Shown piece by piece: positions 8,567-19,563 of a stretch of DNA of 64,000 nt. The stretch is from an uncultured Candidatus Rokubacteria bacterium. Its GTDB lineage: Bacteria > Methylomirabilota > Methylomirabilia > Rokubacteriales > DASRDR01. Position 1 is the stretch's first letter, and every line of letters begins with the position of its first letter. A program made the position numbers and the translations under genes. The notes below the pieces were generated by a model. It made no database searches, was not told the DNA's origin, and was given only the letters and a program-made list of their open reading frames with translations. The DNA is taken from positions 1 through 64,000 of the forward strand of contig CAVPSB010000049.1 in the NCBI GenBank assembly GCA_963708025.1, written 5' to 3'.

Positions 8567-8608
8567 GATTTTAAGTCGGCTGCCTCTGCCAATTGGGCTA
8601 CACCAGCA
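8567..8608 (-). repeat. att core repeat, equal to the orphan 5' half of tRNA-Leu(UAA) at the original operon position
   Basis: 42-bp identity to 1266-1307; includes D-arm and anticodon loop, no T-arm. Confidence 0.95.
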
Positions 8609-8663
8609 CGCGGCTCCCCGGAAAGACGACGGGGGACCCGCCGGCGGCGGATCCCCCGAGCGC

Positions 8664-8739
8664 TGGAGGCGGCGGGCGGATTCGAACCGCCGAGTAACGG
8701 TTTTGCAGACCGTCGCCTTAACCACTTGGCTACGCCGCC
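8664..8739 (-). tRNA. tRNA-Cys(GCA)
   Basis: GGCGGCGTAGCCAAGTGGTTAAGGCGACGGTCTGCAAAACCGT..GGTTCGAATCC..CCA. Confidence 0.97.
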
Positions 8740-8799
8740 GCAAATCGTCTTCTAATGCAGGACCGGCCCCGGCGATCGACCGGGGCCGGTCACGACGGC

Positions 8800-8874
8800 T
8801 GGAGCGGGAAACGGGATTTGAACCCGCGACCCCAACCTTGGCAAGGTTGTGCTCTACCCCTGAGCTATTCCCGC
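8800..8874 (-). tRNA. tRNA-Gly(GCC)
   Basis: GCGGGAATAGCTCAGGGGTAGAGCACAACCTTGCCAAGGTTG..GTTCAAATCCC..CCA. Confidence 0.97.
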
Positions 8875-8887
8875 TCGACGACGACTG

Positions 8888-8916
8888 ATTCTAGCAAAGC
8901 CCTCCGACCGGGTCAA
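8888..8916 (-). promoter_or_regulatory. Sigma70 promoter of the Gly-Cys-Leu tRNA operon
   Basis: TTGACC-17 nt-TAGAAT just upstream of tRNA-Gly. Confidence 0.8.
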
Positions 8917-8935
8917 ACAGCCGGCCGGCCCGCGG

Positions 8936-9928
8936 TCACGCCCCCGGGGCGTCCCGCAGGAAGCGCGCGGCTTCCTCGGGGGGCGTCGGGTTGATGAAGA
9001 ACCCGGTCCCCCACTCGAAGCCCGCCACCTTGGTGAGCTTGGGCATGAACTCCAGGTGCCAGTGGAAGTGGTCCAGCTCCACGAGGCGCAGGGGCGCCGT
9101 GTGGAGCGCGTAGTTGTACGGCGGGTCGTGCAGGACCCGGTTGAGCCGCTTGACCAGCTCGCGGAGGATCCGGGCCAGCGCGTCCACGTCGCCGGGCCCG
9201 ATGCTCTCGAAGGTCGCCCGGTGGGCGATGGGCAGCACCCACGTCTCGAAGGGGAAGCGCGGGGCGAACGGCGCCAGCGCCACGAAGCCGCCCTCCTCCA
9301 GGATGATCCGCGTCCCGTCCCGGCGCTCCTGGCTGAGGATGTCGCACCAGACGCAGCGCTCCTTCATCCGGTAGTAGCGGCCGGCGCCCTCGAGCTCCTC
9401 GACCACCAGCTCGGGGAGGATCGGCGTCGCGATGAGCTGCGAGTGGGGGTGCTCGAGCGAGGCGCCCGCCGCGGCGCCCTGGTTCTTGAAGATGAGGATG
9501 TACTCGAAGCGCGAGTCCTTCTTGAGATCGGTGAGGCGCTCCCGGTAGGCGTGGAGCATGTCGGCGAGGGCGCCGATCGAGAGGGTGCCGAGGTTGGCGA
9601 AGTGGTCGGGCGTCTCGATGATCACCTCGTGGGCGCCGACCCCGTTCATCCGGTCGTAGATTCCCTCGCCGGCCGGGCTCAGGTCGCCCTCGATCTGGAG
9701 CGCCGGGTACTTGTTCGGCACCACGCGCAGCGTCCACTGCCCGGTGCCGCCGGGACGGAACGCCAGGATCGCGGCCGGCGTCTGGTCCTCGTTGCCGGGA
9801 CAGAAGACGCAGCCGGTGGGCCCCTTGAGCACGGTCGGCTCCGGGGCGAAATCGGACGGGCGCCGGGCCCGCTCGCTGGCGATGATCACCCAGCGGCCGA
9901 CGACGGGATCCTTACGCAGCTCGGGCAC
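8936..9928 (-). CDS. galT: Galactose-1-phosphate uridylyltransferase
   Basis: ELRKDPVVGRWVIIA, CVFCPGNE, GASLEHPHSQ. Confidence 0.93.
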   Translation of the reverse strand: MPELRKDPVVGRWVIIASERARRPSDFAPEPTVLKGPTGCVFCPGNEDQTPAAILAFRPGGTGQWTLRVVPNKYPALQIEGDLSPAGEGIYDRMNGVGAHEVIIETPDHFANLGTLSIGALADMLHAYRERLTDLKKDSRFEYILIFKNQGAAAGASLEHPHSQLIATPILPELVVEELEGAGRYYRMKERCVWCDILSQERRDGTRIILEEGGFVALAPFAPRFPFETWVLPIAHRATFESIGPGDVDALARILRELVKRLNRVLHDPPYNYALHTAPLRLVELDHFHWHLEFMPKLTKVAGFEWGTGFFINPTPPEEAARFLRDAPGA

Positions 9929-9936
9929 GTGGGCGG

Positions 9937-10965
9937 CTACCCGGACGTGCCGGGCGAGTCGTCCTCGGGGCGGACCTCCCGGCTCAGGAGGGTCGTGAGC
10001 GCCTCCCGCGGGGGCTTCCCCTCGAACAGCACGGCGCCGACCTCGGCGGTGATCGGCGTGGCCACCCCGGCCTTCCGGCCAAGGGCCAGCGCCGCCCGGG
10101 TCGTCAGCACGCCCTCGGCGACCGAGCGGGTCCCCGCCTGCCACTCGGCGAGCGAGGTGCCGGCGGCCAGCGCGAGGCCGAGCGTGCGGTTGCGGGAGAG
10201 CTGGCCGGTGCAGGTCAGGATCAGGTCGCCGATCCCGGCCAGCCCGGCGAAGGTGCGGGGTCGGGCGCCGAGCGCCACCCCGAGCCGGCTCATCTCGGCG
10301 AGCCCGCGCGTGAGCAGGGCGGCCCGGGCGTTCATCCCCAGATCGAGACCGTCGGAGATGCCGGCGGCGATCGCGATCACGTTCTTGAGCGCGCCGCCCA
10401 GCTCGACACCGGTGACGTCGGTGTGGGTGTACAGGCGGAAGATCGGCGTCGCCAGCGCCCGCTGGAGTCGGCCCGCGAGCGCCGGATCGGGCGACGCCAG
10501 GACCGCCGCCGTGGGCCGGCCCTGGGCCACCTCCAGCGCGAACGTGGGACCCGACAGGACGGCGATCCGGTCGCGGTGGCCCGCCGGCAGCACCTCGGCC
10601 AGGATCTCGGAGACGCGGGCGTGGCGATCCTCCTCGATCCCCTTGGCGGCCGAGAGAATCACGGCGCCGGGCGCGAGATGGCGGGCGAGGTCGGTGGCGA
10701 CCCGACGGACGGCGTGGGACGGGACCGCCACCACGACCAGCTCGGCGCCGGCAGCCGCCTCGGCCAGCGACCCGACCGGCCGGACCGGCTCGGGCAGGCG
10801 AACTCCGGGCAGGAACCAGGCGTTCTCCCGCGTCTCGCGGAGCACCGCCAACAGGTCGGCCTCGTAGACCCACAGCCGCGGAGCGTGGCCCGCCCGGGCT
10901 GCGTGGATCGCCAGGGCGGTTCCCCACGCGCCCGCCCCGATGACGGCCAGCTCCGGCCCCGTCAG
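9937..10965 (-). CDS. gpsA: NAD(P)H-dependent glycerol-3-phosphate dehydrogenase (start codon unclear)
   Basis: VIGAGAWGTALA, LSGPTFA, GVELGGALKNVIAIA, GDLILTC, SRNR. Confidence 0.95.
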   Translation of the reverse strand: MTGPELAVIGAGAWGTALAIHAARAGHAPRLWVYEADLLAVLRETRENAWFLPGVRLPEPVRPVGSLAEAAAGAELVVVAVPSHAVRRVATDLARHLAPGAVILSAAKGIEEDRHARVSEILAEVLPAGHRDRIAVLSGPTFALEVAQGRPTAAVLASPDPALAGRLQRALATPIFRLYTHTDVTGVELGGALKNVIAIAAGISDGLDLGMNARAALLTRGLAEMSRLGVALGARPRTFAGLAGIGDLILTCTGQLSRNRTLGLALAAGTSLAEWQAGTRSVAEGVLTTRAALALGRKAGVATPITAEVGAVLFEGKPPREALTTLLSREVRPEDDSPGTSG

Positions 10966-10969
10966 CGCC

Positions 10970-11602
10970 TCACCCCGACGCGGCGACCCGGCTGACAGGC
11001 GGCGCCGGCGGCCGGCCCCCTCCCCCGAACCGGTGCTCGGTGCCCGACAGGAGCCGCGCGATGTTGTCGCGGTGGCGCACGCTGACGATCACGGCGACCG
11101 CAGCGGCCGCCGCCGCCAGCGACCGCGGATACCCGAGCACGAGGACGGCGATCGGCAGCCCGGCGACCGCGCACAGCGAGGCCAGCGACACGAAGCGGAA
11201 GGACGTGGCCAGGGCGACCCAGACGACCGCCGCCGGCAGGAGCGCCCACGGGGTCACGCGGAGGAAGGCTCCTAGCCCGGTGGCCACGCCCTTCCCCCCG
11301 CGGAAGCCGAGGAAGACCGGCCAGCAGTTGCCGACCACGACGACCACCGCCGCCAGGGCGGCCCAGCGCGGGCCGGGGCCGGCCAGGCCGCCCACCCAGG
11401 CGCCCAGGTAGCCCTTGCCGATGTCCGCGAGGAGCGTCGCGACGGCCGGACCCCGCCCGAGACTCCGGAGGACGTTGGTCGCCCCGATGTTCCCGCTGCC
11501 CGACCGGCGGATGTCCATGCCGAAGAGCCGGGCCACCAGGTAGCCGATGGGGATGGCGCCGATGAGGTAGGCGAGGACGAGCGCCCCGAGCGTCAGCGCC
11601 AG
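10970..11602 (-). CDS. plsY: Glycerol-3-phosphate acyltransferase
   Basis: GSGNIGATNV, FRGGKGVAT, HRDNIARL. Confidence 0.95.
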   Translation of the reverse strand: MALTLGALVLAYLIGAIPIGYLVARLFGMDIRRSGSGNIGATNVLRSLGRGPAVATLLADIGKGYLGAWVGGLAGPGPRWAALAAVVVVVGNCWPVFLGFRGGKGVATGLGAFLRVTPWALLPAAVVWVALATSFRFVSLASLCAVAGLPIAVLVLGYPRSLAAAAAAVAVIVSVRHRDNIARLLSGTEHRFGGGGRPPAPPVSRVAASG

Positions 11603-12171
11603 CGATCGTCCTCCCGGACGAGGGCGTCGATGTCGCTCCCACGGAAGAAGCGGACGAAGTAGTCGAAGCCGGAAACCACGGTGAGCGTCAGCGCCGCCCA
11701 CAGCATGCCGCGGGAGATGTAGGCGTACTCAGCCTCCAGGCCGACGGGGACGCTCCGCTCCAGGATGAGCAGCGTCACCGCCAGGTACTGGAAAGCGGTC
11801 TTGTACTTCCCGAGGTCGGAGGCGCCGATGACGATGCCCTGGGCCGCCGACACGCCGCGCAGGCCGGTGACCGCGAACTCGCGGCCGATGATCAGGACGA
11901 CGATCCAGGCCTCCACCCGGCCGACCTGGACGAGCGAGATGAGCGCGGCGGCGACGAGCAGCTTGTCGGCGACCGGATCGAGCAGCTTCCCGAGGGTCGT
12001 CACCTGGCGCCGGCGGCGGGCGATCATGCCGTCGAGCCAGTCGGTGAGCGCGGCGGCGCCGAAGATGATCGCCCCCACCAGCGCGTGGATCGACTCGGCG
12101 GAGATCAGGAACACGACCACGAGAGGCGCCAGACAGATCCGCCCAAGGGTGAGATAGTTCGGCAGATTCAC
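11593..12171 (-). CDS. pgsA: CDP-diacylglycerol--glycerol-3-phosphate 3-phosphatidyltransferase
   Basis: NLPNYLT, DWLDGMIARR..GKLLDPVADK. Confidence 0.95.
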   Translation of the reverse strand: MNLPNYLTLGRICLAPLVVVFLISAESIHALVGAIIFGAAALTDWLDGMIARRRRQVTTLGKLLDPVADKLLVAAALISLVQVGRVEAWIVVLIIGREFAVTGLRGVSAAQGIVIGASDLGKYKTAFQYLAVTLLILERSVPVGLEAEYAYISRGMLWAALTLTVVSGFDYFVRFFRGSDIDALVREDDRWR

Positions 12172-12238
12172 GCGTCGCCTCCGCCCGGCTCGAGCCGCCG
12201 CGTTCCATTATGGCGGCCGGCGCCGAGCGGTGTCAATC

Positions 12239-13023
12239 TTACCGACCCGTCGCCTCCGCCCCCCGGCCGCGCGCCGTCGCCGCGGCCGGCCCGGTGGGAG
12301 GCACCCGGCGGACCAGCCGCCCGTCCTTCGCGACCGGCACCACGTCGAAGATGTCGAGGGCGACGCAGAGGGGCAGGTCCCCACCTCGTCCCTGGGCCGT
12401 CAGGAGCCGCGCCCAGGTGGCCTCGGCCAGCATGGCGCCCAGGTCCCGCTTGTAGCGGGCATAGAGAAGGGCAGCGGCCCGGGCCGCGTCGGAGAGCACC
12501 GCCCCCGGCCAGGCGGCCTGCAGGCGCTCGACCAAGAGTCCGGCGCAGGTCGCGTCCTCGAGACAGAACCGCCCCGATTCCCCGGCGCAGACGAAGAGCG
12601 CGCCGCCCGGCGCCGGGGCGAGCCAGCGGACGATCGCGGCGGCGTTGACGAAGGCGGCGACCGCGACCTGCTCGGCCCCCGCCAGCGCGAGGAGGGCACG
12701 GGTGCCGTTGGTTGTCGTGAAGATCAGCCGGCGGCCCGCGACGCGATCGGGCGTGTACTCGGCCGGCGAGTTGCCGCAGTCGAAGCCCGGCGGCGGGGCC
12801 CCGTCCCGCTCACCGCCGAGCAGGGTGTCCCCGTCCGGCCAGTCGCGGGCGCGGGCCACCGCCTCCTCGGGCGTGGCCACCGGGACGACCATCTGGGCCC
12901 CGTTGGCGAGCGCGGTCACGATCGTCGTCGAGGCGCGCAGGGCGTCGATCATCACGGCGGTCACGCCGGGGAGGGAGACGCGGGACAGCTCCTCCAGGGT
13001 CAGGGCGACGTCGACCGAGCCGC

Positions 13024-13027
<4 letters not shown>
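12239..13027 (-). CDS. comB: 2-phosphosulfolactate phosphatase family protein
   Basis: [30 protein letters not shown]. Confidence 0.9.
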
Positions 13028-14234
<1,207 letters not shown>

Positions 14235-14238
<4 letters not shown>

Positions 14239-15158
14239 GGCAGCACCCCGGGTCCGCCGAGCAGCGTCACCAGGACGGCCTTCTGAACGTGCAGCCGGTT
14301 CTCCGACTGGTCCAGCACGGCGCTCTGGGGCCCGTCCAGCACGGCGTCGGTGATCTCCTCGCCGCGGTGGGCCGGCAAGCAGTGCAGGACCACCGCGCTC
14401 GGCTTGGCCAGCGCCAGCACCCGGTCGTTCACCTGGTAGCGGCTGAAGGCCTCGAGTCGCCGCTCGCGCTCGGCCTCCTGCCCCATGCTGATCCAGACGT
14501 CCGTGTAGAGCGCGTCCGCGCCCGCGGCCGCCTCGCGGACGTCGGAGGTCACCGTGACCCGCCCGCCCAGCGCGCGGGCCGTCTCCAGCACGGCCGGGGC
14601 CGGCTCGTACCCCGGCGGCGTGGCGACCGCCACCTCGGTGCCGACCAGGGCCGCCAGCAGCAGGACCGAGTGGCAGACGTTGTTCCCGTCGCCGATCCAG
14701 GCCAGCCGGAGGCGGGCGAGGTCGAGGTCGCGCTCCCACAGCGTGAAGAGGTCGGCCAGCGCCTGGCACGGGTGCTCGTGGTCCGAGAGCCCGTTGATCA
14801 CGGGCACGCCCGCGTGCCGGGCCAGCCGCTCGACCGTGGCCTGCTCGAAGGTCCGGGCGACGACCCCGTTGACCCAGCGGCCGAGGTTCCGGCCCACGTC
14901 GGCCACCGACTCCCGGCGACCGAGCCCGATGTCCTGGGCGCTCAGGTAGACGGCGGCGCCGCCCAGTTGGGCCATGCCGACCTCGAAGGTGACTCGGGTG
15001 CGGAGCGACGGCTTCTCGAAGACCAGGGCCAGCGTCCGGCCGGCGAGCGGTGCGTCGTGCCGGCCCGCCTTGAGCCGCGCCTTCCCCTCGGCGGCCAGCC
15101 GGAACAGCTCTTCCACGTCGCTCCGGGAGAGATCCGTGATCGACAGGAGGTGCTTCAT
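14235..15158 (-). CDS. argF: Ornithine carbamoyltransferase
   Basis: [22 protein letters not shown]. Confidence 0.96.
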
Positions 15159-16357
15159 CCCGCGCTCCGGCCCAGCACCCGCTCGACGATCTCGACGGCC
15201 CGGTCCACGTCGGGCTCCTCGACGACCAGCGGTGGCGTCATGCGCAGGATCGCGTCGCCGGCCGTCAGGACGAGCAGACCCTGGTCCCGGCAGCCGCCGA
15301 CGACCCCACCGGCCGGCCGGTCCAGGTCGAGACCGAGCAGCAGGCCCTTGCCGCGGACCGCCTTGATGGCCGGCACGCGCTTGGCCGCCTCCCGCAGCCG
15401 CTCGACGAGGTAGCCGCCGACCCGGTCGGCATGCTCGGGCAGCTTGTCCTCCAGCATGGTGGTGAAGGTCGCCACGCCCACCGTCGTCGCGAACGGGTTG
15501 CCGCCGAACGTGGTCCCGTGGCTCCCCGCGAGCATGACCTTGGCGCAGTGCTCCCGGGCCAGCATGGCCCCGATCGGGATCCCGCTGGCCAGTGCCTTGG
15601 CGAGGGTCATGACGTCGGGCTCGACCCCCCAGTGCTGGTACGCCCACAGCCGGCCGGTGCGGCCCATCCCGGTCTGGACCTCGTCGAACATCAGGAGAGT
15701 GCCGGTCGCGTCGCACAGCCGGCGCAGCCCGGCCAGGTAGCCGTCGGGCGCGATGTTGACGCCGCCCTCGCCCTGGATCGGCTCGACCAGGACCGCGGCC
15801 GTCCGGTTGTCGATGGCCTGCTCGGCCGCCCGCAGATCCCCGAACGGGACATACTTGAAGCCGGGCACCAGCGGCTCGAAGCCGTGCTGGTACTTCTCGG
15901 TCGGCGTGGCGGAGAGCGCGCCCATCGTCCGGCCATGGAAGGCCCCGCGCATCGTCACGATGTCCACCCGATCGCTGGAGAAGACTTCCTTGGCGTACTT
16001 CCGCGCCAGCTTGATGGCCGCCTCGTTGGCCTCCGCCCCCGAGTTGCAGAAGAAGGCGCGGTCGGCGAAGGAGTGATCGCAGAGGAGCTTGGCTAGGTGG
16101 ATCTGCGACGGGATCTGGTAGAGATTCGAGACGTGGAGCAGGGTCGTCGCCTGCTCCCGGATGGCCCCGACGATCTTCGGGTGACTGTGGCCGAGGGCGT
16201 CCACGGCGATGCCCCCGACGAAGTCGAGATACTCCTTGCCGTCCGTGTCCCAGAGGCGCACCCCTTCACCGCGGACGAGGCACAGCGGGGCGCGGGCGTA
16301 GTTCTGCATCAGGTAGCGGTTGGCCCATTCGAGGAGAACCTTGGTGTCCTGGCTCAT
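15155..16357 (-). CDS. argD: Acetylornithine aminotransferase
   Basis: [30 protein letters not shown]; arg gene context. Confidence 0.95.
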   Translation of the reverse strand: MSQDTKVLLEWANRYLMQNYARAPLCLVRGEGVRLWDTDGKEYLDFVGGIAVDALGHSHPKIVGAIREQATTLLHVSNLYQIPSQIHLAKLLCDHSFADRAFFCNSGAEANEAAIKLARKYAKEVFSSDRVDIVTMRGAFHGRTMGALSATPTEKYQHGFEPLVPGFKYVPFGDLRAAEQAIDNRTAAVLVEPIQGEGGVNIAPDGYLAGLRRLCDATGTLLMFDEVQTGMGRTGRLWAYQHWGVEPDVMTLAKALASGIPIGAMLAREHCAKVMLAGSHGTTFGGNPFATTVGVATFTTMLEDKLPEHADRVGGYLVERLREAAKRVPAIKAVRGKGLLLGLDLDRPAGGVVGGCRDQGLLVLTAGDAILRMTPPLVVEEPDVDRAVEIVERVLGRSAG

Positions 16358-16657
16358 CGTGTCCTCCGGATGTCGGCGGTCAGCCGAGACGAAGTCGCGG
16401 AAGCGATCGCCGCGTCAGGCGGCGATCCGGCCCCGAGCGAGAGTCCCCGGCGCGGAACGCCGCGCGAGCCGACGTCCCCGGCCGGGGCCGGGCCTCATCC
16501 GGAAGTGGGCGGGTCGCATGGCTGGATATCTTACCGCAGATTCGCGCCAGGGGAAGGGGGCCCGTCCGGGGGACGCCGTCACCGACCGCGGACCCGGCGG
16601 AGCCCTCAGTGCCCGTGAGGCAATGCCTGCGGGTCTTCCGAGACCCCCCGACAATCC

Positions 16658-17026
16658 TCAGTGGGCGGGCTGGAACAGCTCGATGGGGTTGCCGGAGGGG
16701 TCGTCGATCAGGATCTGGGCGCCGCCGGGGCCCCGGACGATGTCGTTGCGGAACGAGAGCCCGGCGCGGCGGAGCCGTTCGACCTCGGCCACGACGTCCG
16801 TCACCACGAGCTGAATCCGGTTCCAGCCGCCCGGCCCCGGCCGGCGGCCGTCGGGCATGGCCCGTCCGGCCGAGCTGGTGGCTCCACTCAGCAGGAGCCG
16901 TAGGTCGCCCCGGGTGACGTCCGCAAAGGCGGGGGCGGCGCTGGAGAGGAGGGTGAAGCCCAGGTGGGCGGTGTAGAACGCGACCGCCGCTTCGACGTCA
17001 TCCACCATGTACCGCACATTCACCAT
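16658..17026 (-). CDS. VOC/glyoxalase family protein
   Basis: VRYMVDDVEAAVAFY..DPSGNPIELF. Confidence 0.9.
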   Translation of the reverse strand: MVNVRYMVDDVEAAVAFYTAHLGFTLLSSAAPAFADVTRGDLRLLLSGATSSAGRAMPDGRRPGPGGWNRIQLVVTDVVAEVERLRRAGLSFRNDIVRGPGGAQILIDDPSGNPIELFQPAH

Positions 17027-17134
17027 GATCTCACCTCACTCCGGCTACTCGTCCGAACCAACCGCTCGGAGCCTCCACGCGGAGGCTGCCGGCTCCGATT
17101 CTACCGCCCATCGGCTTCTCGCAACGCTCCGGTC

Positions 17135-17230
17135 CGGCCACACGGCAGGGGTGTTCCGCTTCGAGCCGCGGCTTGCCGCGGCCTCCGAGGGGGGGACTCG
17201 GGGGGGTCGTCCGAGACCCCCCCGATGTTC
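17135..17230. repeat. Palindromic intergenic repeat family B (also 16631-16651 partial, 25741-25838, 57505-57584, 63812-63912)
   Basis: Shared CGAGC(C/G)GCGGCTT(C)GCCGC..GGGGGG..TCGGGGGGGTCTTCCGAGACCCCCCCGA. Confidence 0.85.
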
Positions 17231-18108
17231 TAGAGGACGATCTCGGTGCCGATGCCTTCCTTGGTGAACAGCTCGAGCAGGATGGCGTGGGGAATCCGGC
17301 CGTCCAGGATGTGGGCCTTGGCGGTCCCGCCGCCCAGCGCGCGGAGCGCCGATTCGACCTTGGGGAGCATCCCGCCCTCGATCACGCCTTCGGCGACGAG
17401 CCGCCGCGCGTCGGCCTGCGACAGGGTGGAGATGAGCCCGCCCCCCCGGCCCTTGATCCCCTCGACGTCGGTCAGGTGGATCAGCTTCTCGGCCCGGAGC
17501 GCCGCCGCCACCTCGCCCGCCACCAGATCGGCGTTGATGTTGTAGGTCTCCCCGTCGGCGCCGACGCCGACCGGGGCGATCACCGGGATGTAGCCGTTCT
17601 GGGTGAGCAGCAGGATGGGCTCGGGATTGACCGCCTCCACCTCGCCGACCAGGCCGATGTCGACCGGGTCACCGCTGGGAGTCTTGTGGGTCATCTTCCG
17701 GGCTCGGATCAAGGTGGCGTCCTTGCCGCTGAGCCCGACCGCCCGGCCGCCGTGGTGGTTGATCAGCCCCACGATCTCCTTGTTGATGCGCCCGACGAGC
17801 ACCATCTCGACGATCTCCATCGTCTCCTCGTCGGTCACCCGCATGCCGCCGATCCGCTGGGGCTTCTTGCCGAGGCGCTTCATCATCGCGTCGATCTGGG
17901 GGCCGCCGCCGTGGACGACCACGGCGTTCATCCCGACGTAGCGGAGCAGGATCACGTCGAGCGCGAAGCCCTCGGTGAGGTGGGGCGCCTCCATGGCGGC
18001 GCCGCCGTACTTGATGACCAGGGTCTTCCCCCAGAAGGCGCGGATGTAGGGCAGCGCCTCCATGAGGATGCTCGCCTTCTCGACCAGCTTCTCCATCGCT
18101 TCCTTCAT
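17230..18108 (-). CDS. argB: Acetylglutamate kinase
   Basis: IKYGGAAM, VHGGGPQI, NINAD, GGMLPK. Confidence 0.97.
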   Translation of the reverse strand: MKEAMEKLVEKASILMEALPYIRAFWGKTLVIKYGGAAMEAPHLTEGFALDVILLRYVGMNAVVVHGGGPQIDAMMKRLGKKPQRIGGMRVTDEETMEIVEMVLVGRINKEIVGLINHHGGRAVGLSGKDATLIRARKMTHKTPSGDPVDIGLVGEVEAVNPEPILLLTQNGYIPVIAPVGVGADGETYNINADLVAGEVAAALRAEKLIHLTDVEGIKGRGGGLISTLSQADARRLVAEGVIEGGMLPKVESALRALGGGTAKAHILDGRIPHAILLELFTKEGIGTEIVL

Positions 18109-18150
18109 GGCCGTACCTCGCCCTCCGCTCCCTCGTCAGGCCCCGAGCTC

Positions 18151-19517
18151 TCACAAGATGTAGCGGCTGAGGTCCTCGTCCCGCACGACATCGGCCAGGC
18201 GGGCATGGACGTAGCCGGCATCGATCGTGAGCGCCTTGCCGGGCATGTCGGGCGCGTGGAACGAGATCTCTTCGAGCAGGCGCTCGAGGATGGTGTAGAG
18301 CCGCCGGGCGCCGATGTTCTCGGTCTGCTCGTTCACGCGGGTGGCGATCTCCGCCACCGACTCGACGGCGTCGGGCGTGAAGTCGAGCGTCACCCCTTCG
18401 GTGCGCAGGAGCTCGACGTACTGCGTGATCAGCGCGTTCCGCGGCTCGGTCAGGATGCGGACGAAGTCGTCCTTGGTCAGCGGCTCCAGCTCCACCCGGA
18501 TGGGAAAGCGTCCCTGCAGCTCGGGGATGAGGTCGGACGGCTTGGCGACGTGGAAGGCCCCGGCGGCGATGAAGAGGATGTGATCGGTCCGGACCATCCC
18601 GTACTTCGTCATCACCGTCGAGCCCTCGACGATCGGGAGGAGATCGCGCTGCACGCCCTCCCGCGACACGTCGGGCCCGTGGCCCCGCTCCCGGCCGGCG
18701 ATCTTGTCCATCTCGTCGAGGAACACGATGCCCGAGTTCTCGACCCGCCGGATCGCCTGGCCGGTGACCTCGTCCATGTCGATGAGCTTCTGCGCCTCCT
18801 CCTGGGCCAGGATCCGCTTGGCCTCCCCGATCTTGACCCGGCGCTGCTTGGTCCGCTGCGGAAGCATGTTGCAGAGCATCTCGCGGAGATTCTGATCCAT
18901 CTCCCCCATGCCGGTGGCCGAGAAGATCTCGACCATCGGCGTGCTCTGGGCCTTCACCTCCAGCTCGATCGGCCGCTCGTCCAGCCGGCCGCTCTGGAGC
19001 TGGCCCCGGAGCTTCTCCTGGTCGCGGCCCGGCTCGCCTCGGGCGACACCGCGTCCACGCCCTCGACCCCGAACGCCTCCCGCGGCCGCGTGCGCGGGAG
19101 CAGCAGCTCCAGCAGCCGCTCCTCGGCGGCCTGAGCCGCCTTCTCGGCCACGGCCTCGGTCATCTCGGCCTTGACCATGTTCACGGCCAGCTCGATCAGG
19201 TCCCGGATCATCGACTCGACGTCGCGGCCGACGTACCCGACCTCGGTGTACTTCGAGGCCTCCACCTTGAGGAAGGGCGCCTGGGCGAGCTTGGCGAGCC
19301 GGCGCGCGATCTCGGTCTTCCCCACCCCGGTGGGGCCGATCATGATGATGTTCTTCGGCGCCACCTCGTCGCGGAGATCGGGCGGCAGGTTCTGCCGGCG
19401 CCAGCGGTTCCGGAGCGCCACCGCCACCGCCCGCTTGGCCTTGTCCTGGCCGATGATGTAGCGGTCCAGCTCGACCACGATCTGGCCCGGGGTGAGCTGC
19501 GCGCCTGCCGGTCTCAT
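18151..19517 (-). CDS. hslU: ATP-dependent protease ATPase subunit, frameshifted near 19030 (probable sequence error)
   Basis: [15 protein letters not shown] in the 5' [14 protein letters not shown] and [11 protein letters not shown] in the 3' ORF. Confidence 0.95.
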
Positions 19518-19563
19518 GGAACGTCCTCCCCCGCTCCCCGCCAGGGAGCGGGAGCCACCACCA

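Larger units (their letters stand above)
1266..8608. mobile_element. Integrative element (phage-satellite-like or defective prophage) in tRNA-Leu(UAA)
   Basis: Bounded by an exact 42-bp direct repeat; tyrosine integrase at one end; phage-like small ORFs; cargo at about 4900-6700 is less GC-rich. Confidence 0.92.

Noticed and set aside
8761-8791. GC hairpin between tRNA-Gly and tRNA-Cys as a terminator
   Set aside because: No U-tract and inside the tRNA operon; more likely a spacer or processing structure
18151-19517. Split hslU as a pseudogene or programmed frameshift
   Set aside because: Single indel in an otherwise intact conserved gene, no slippery site seen, and similar indels occur throughout the window
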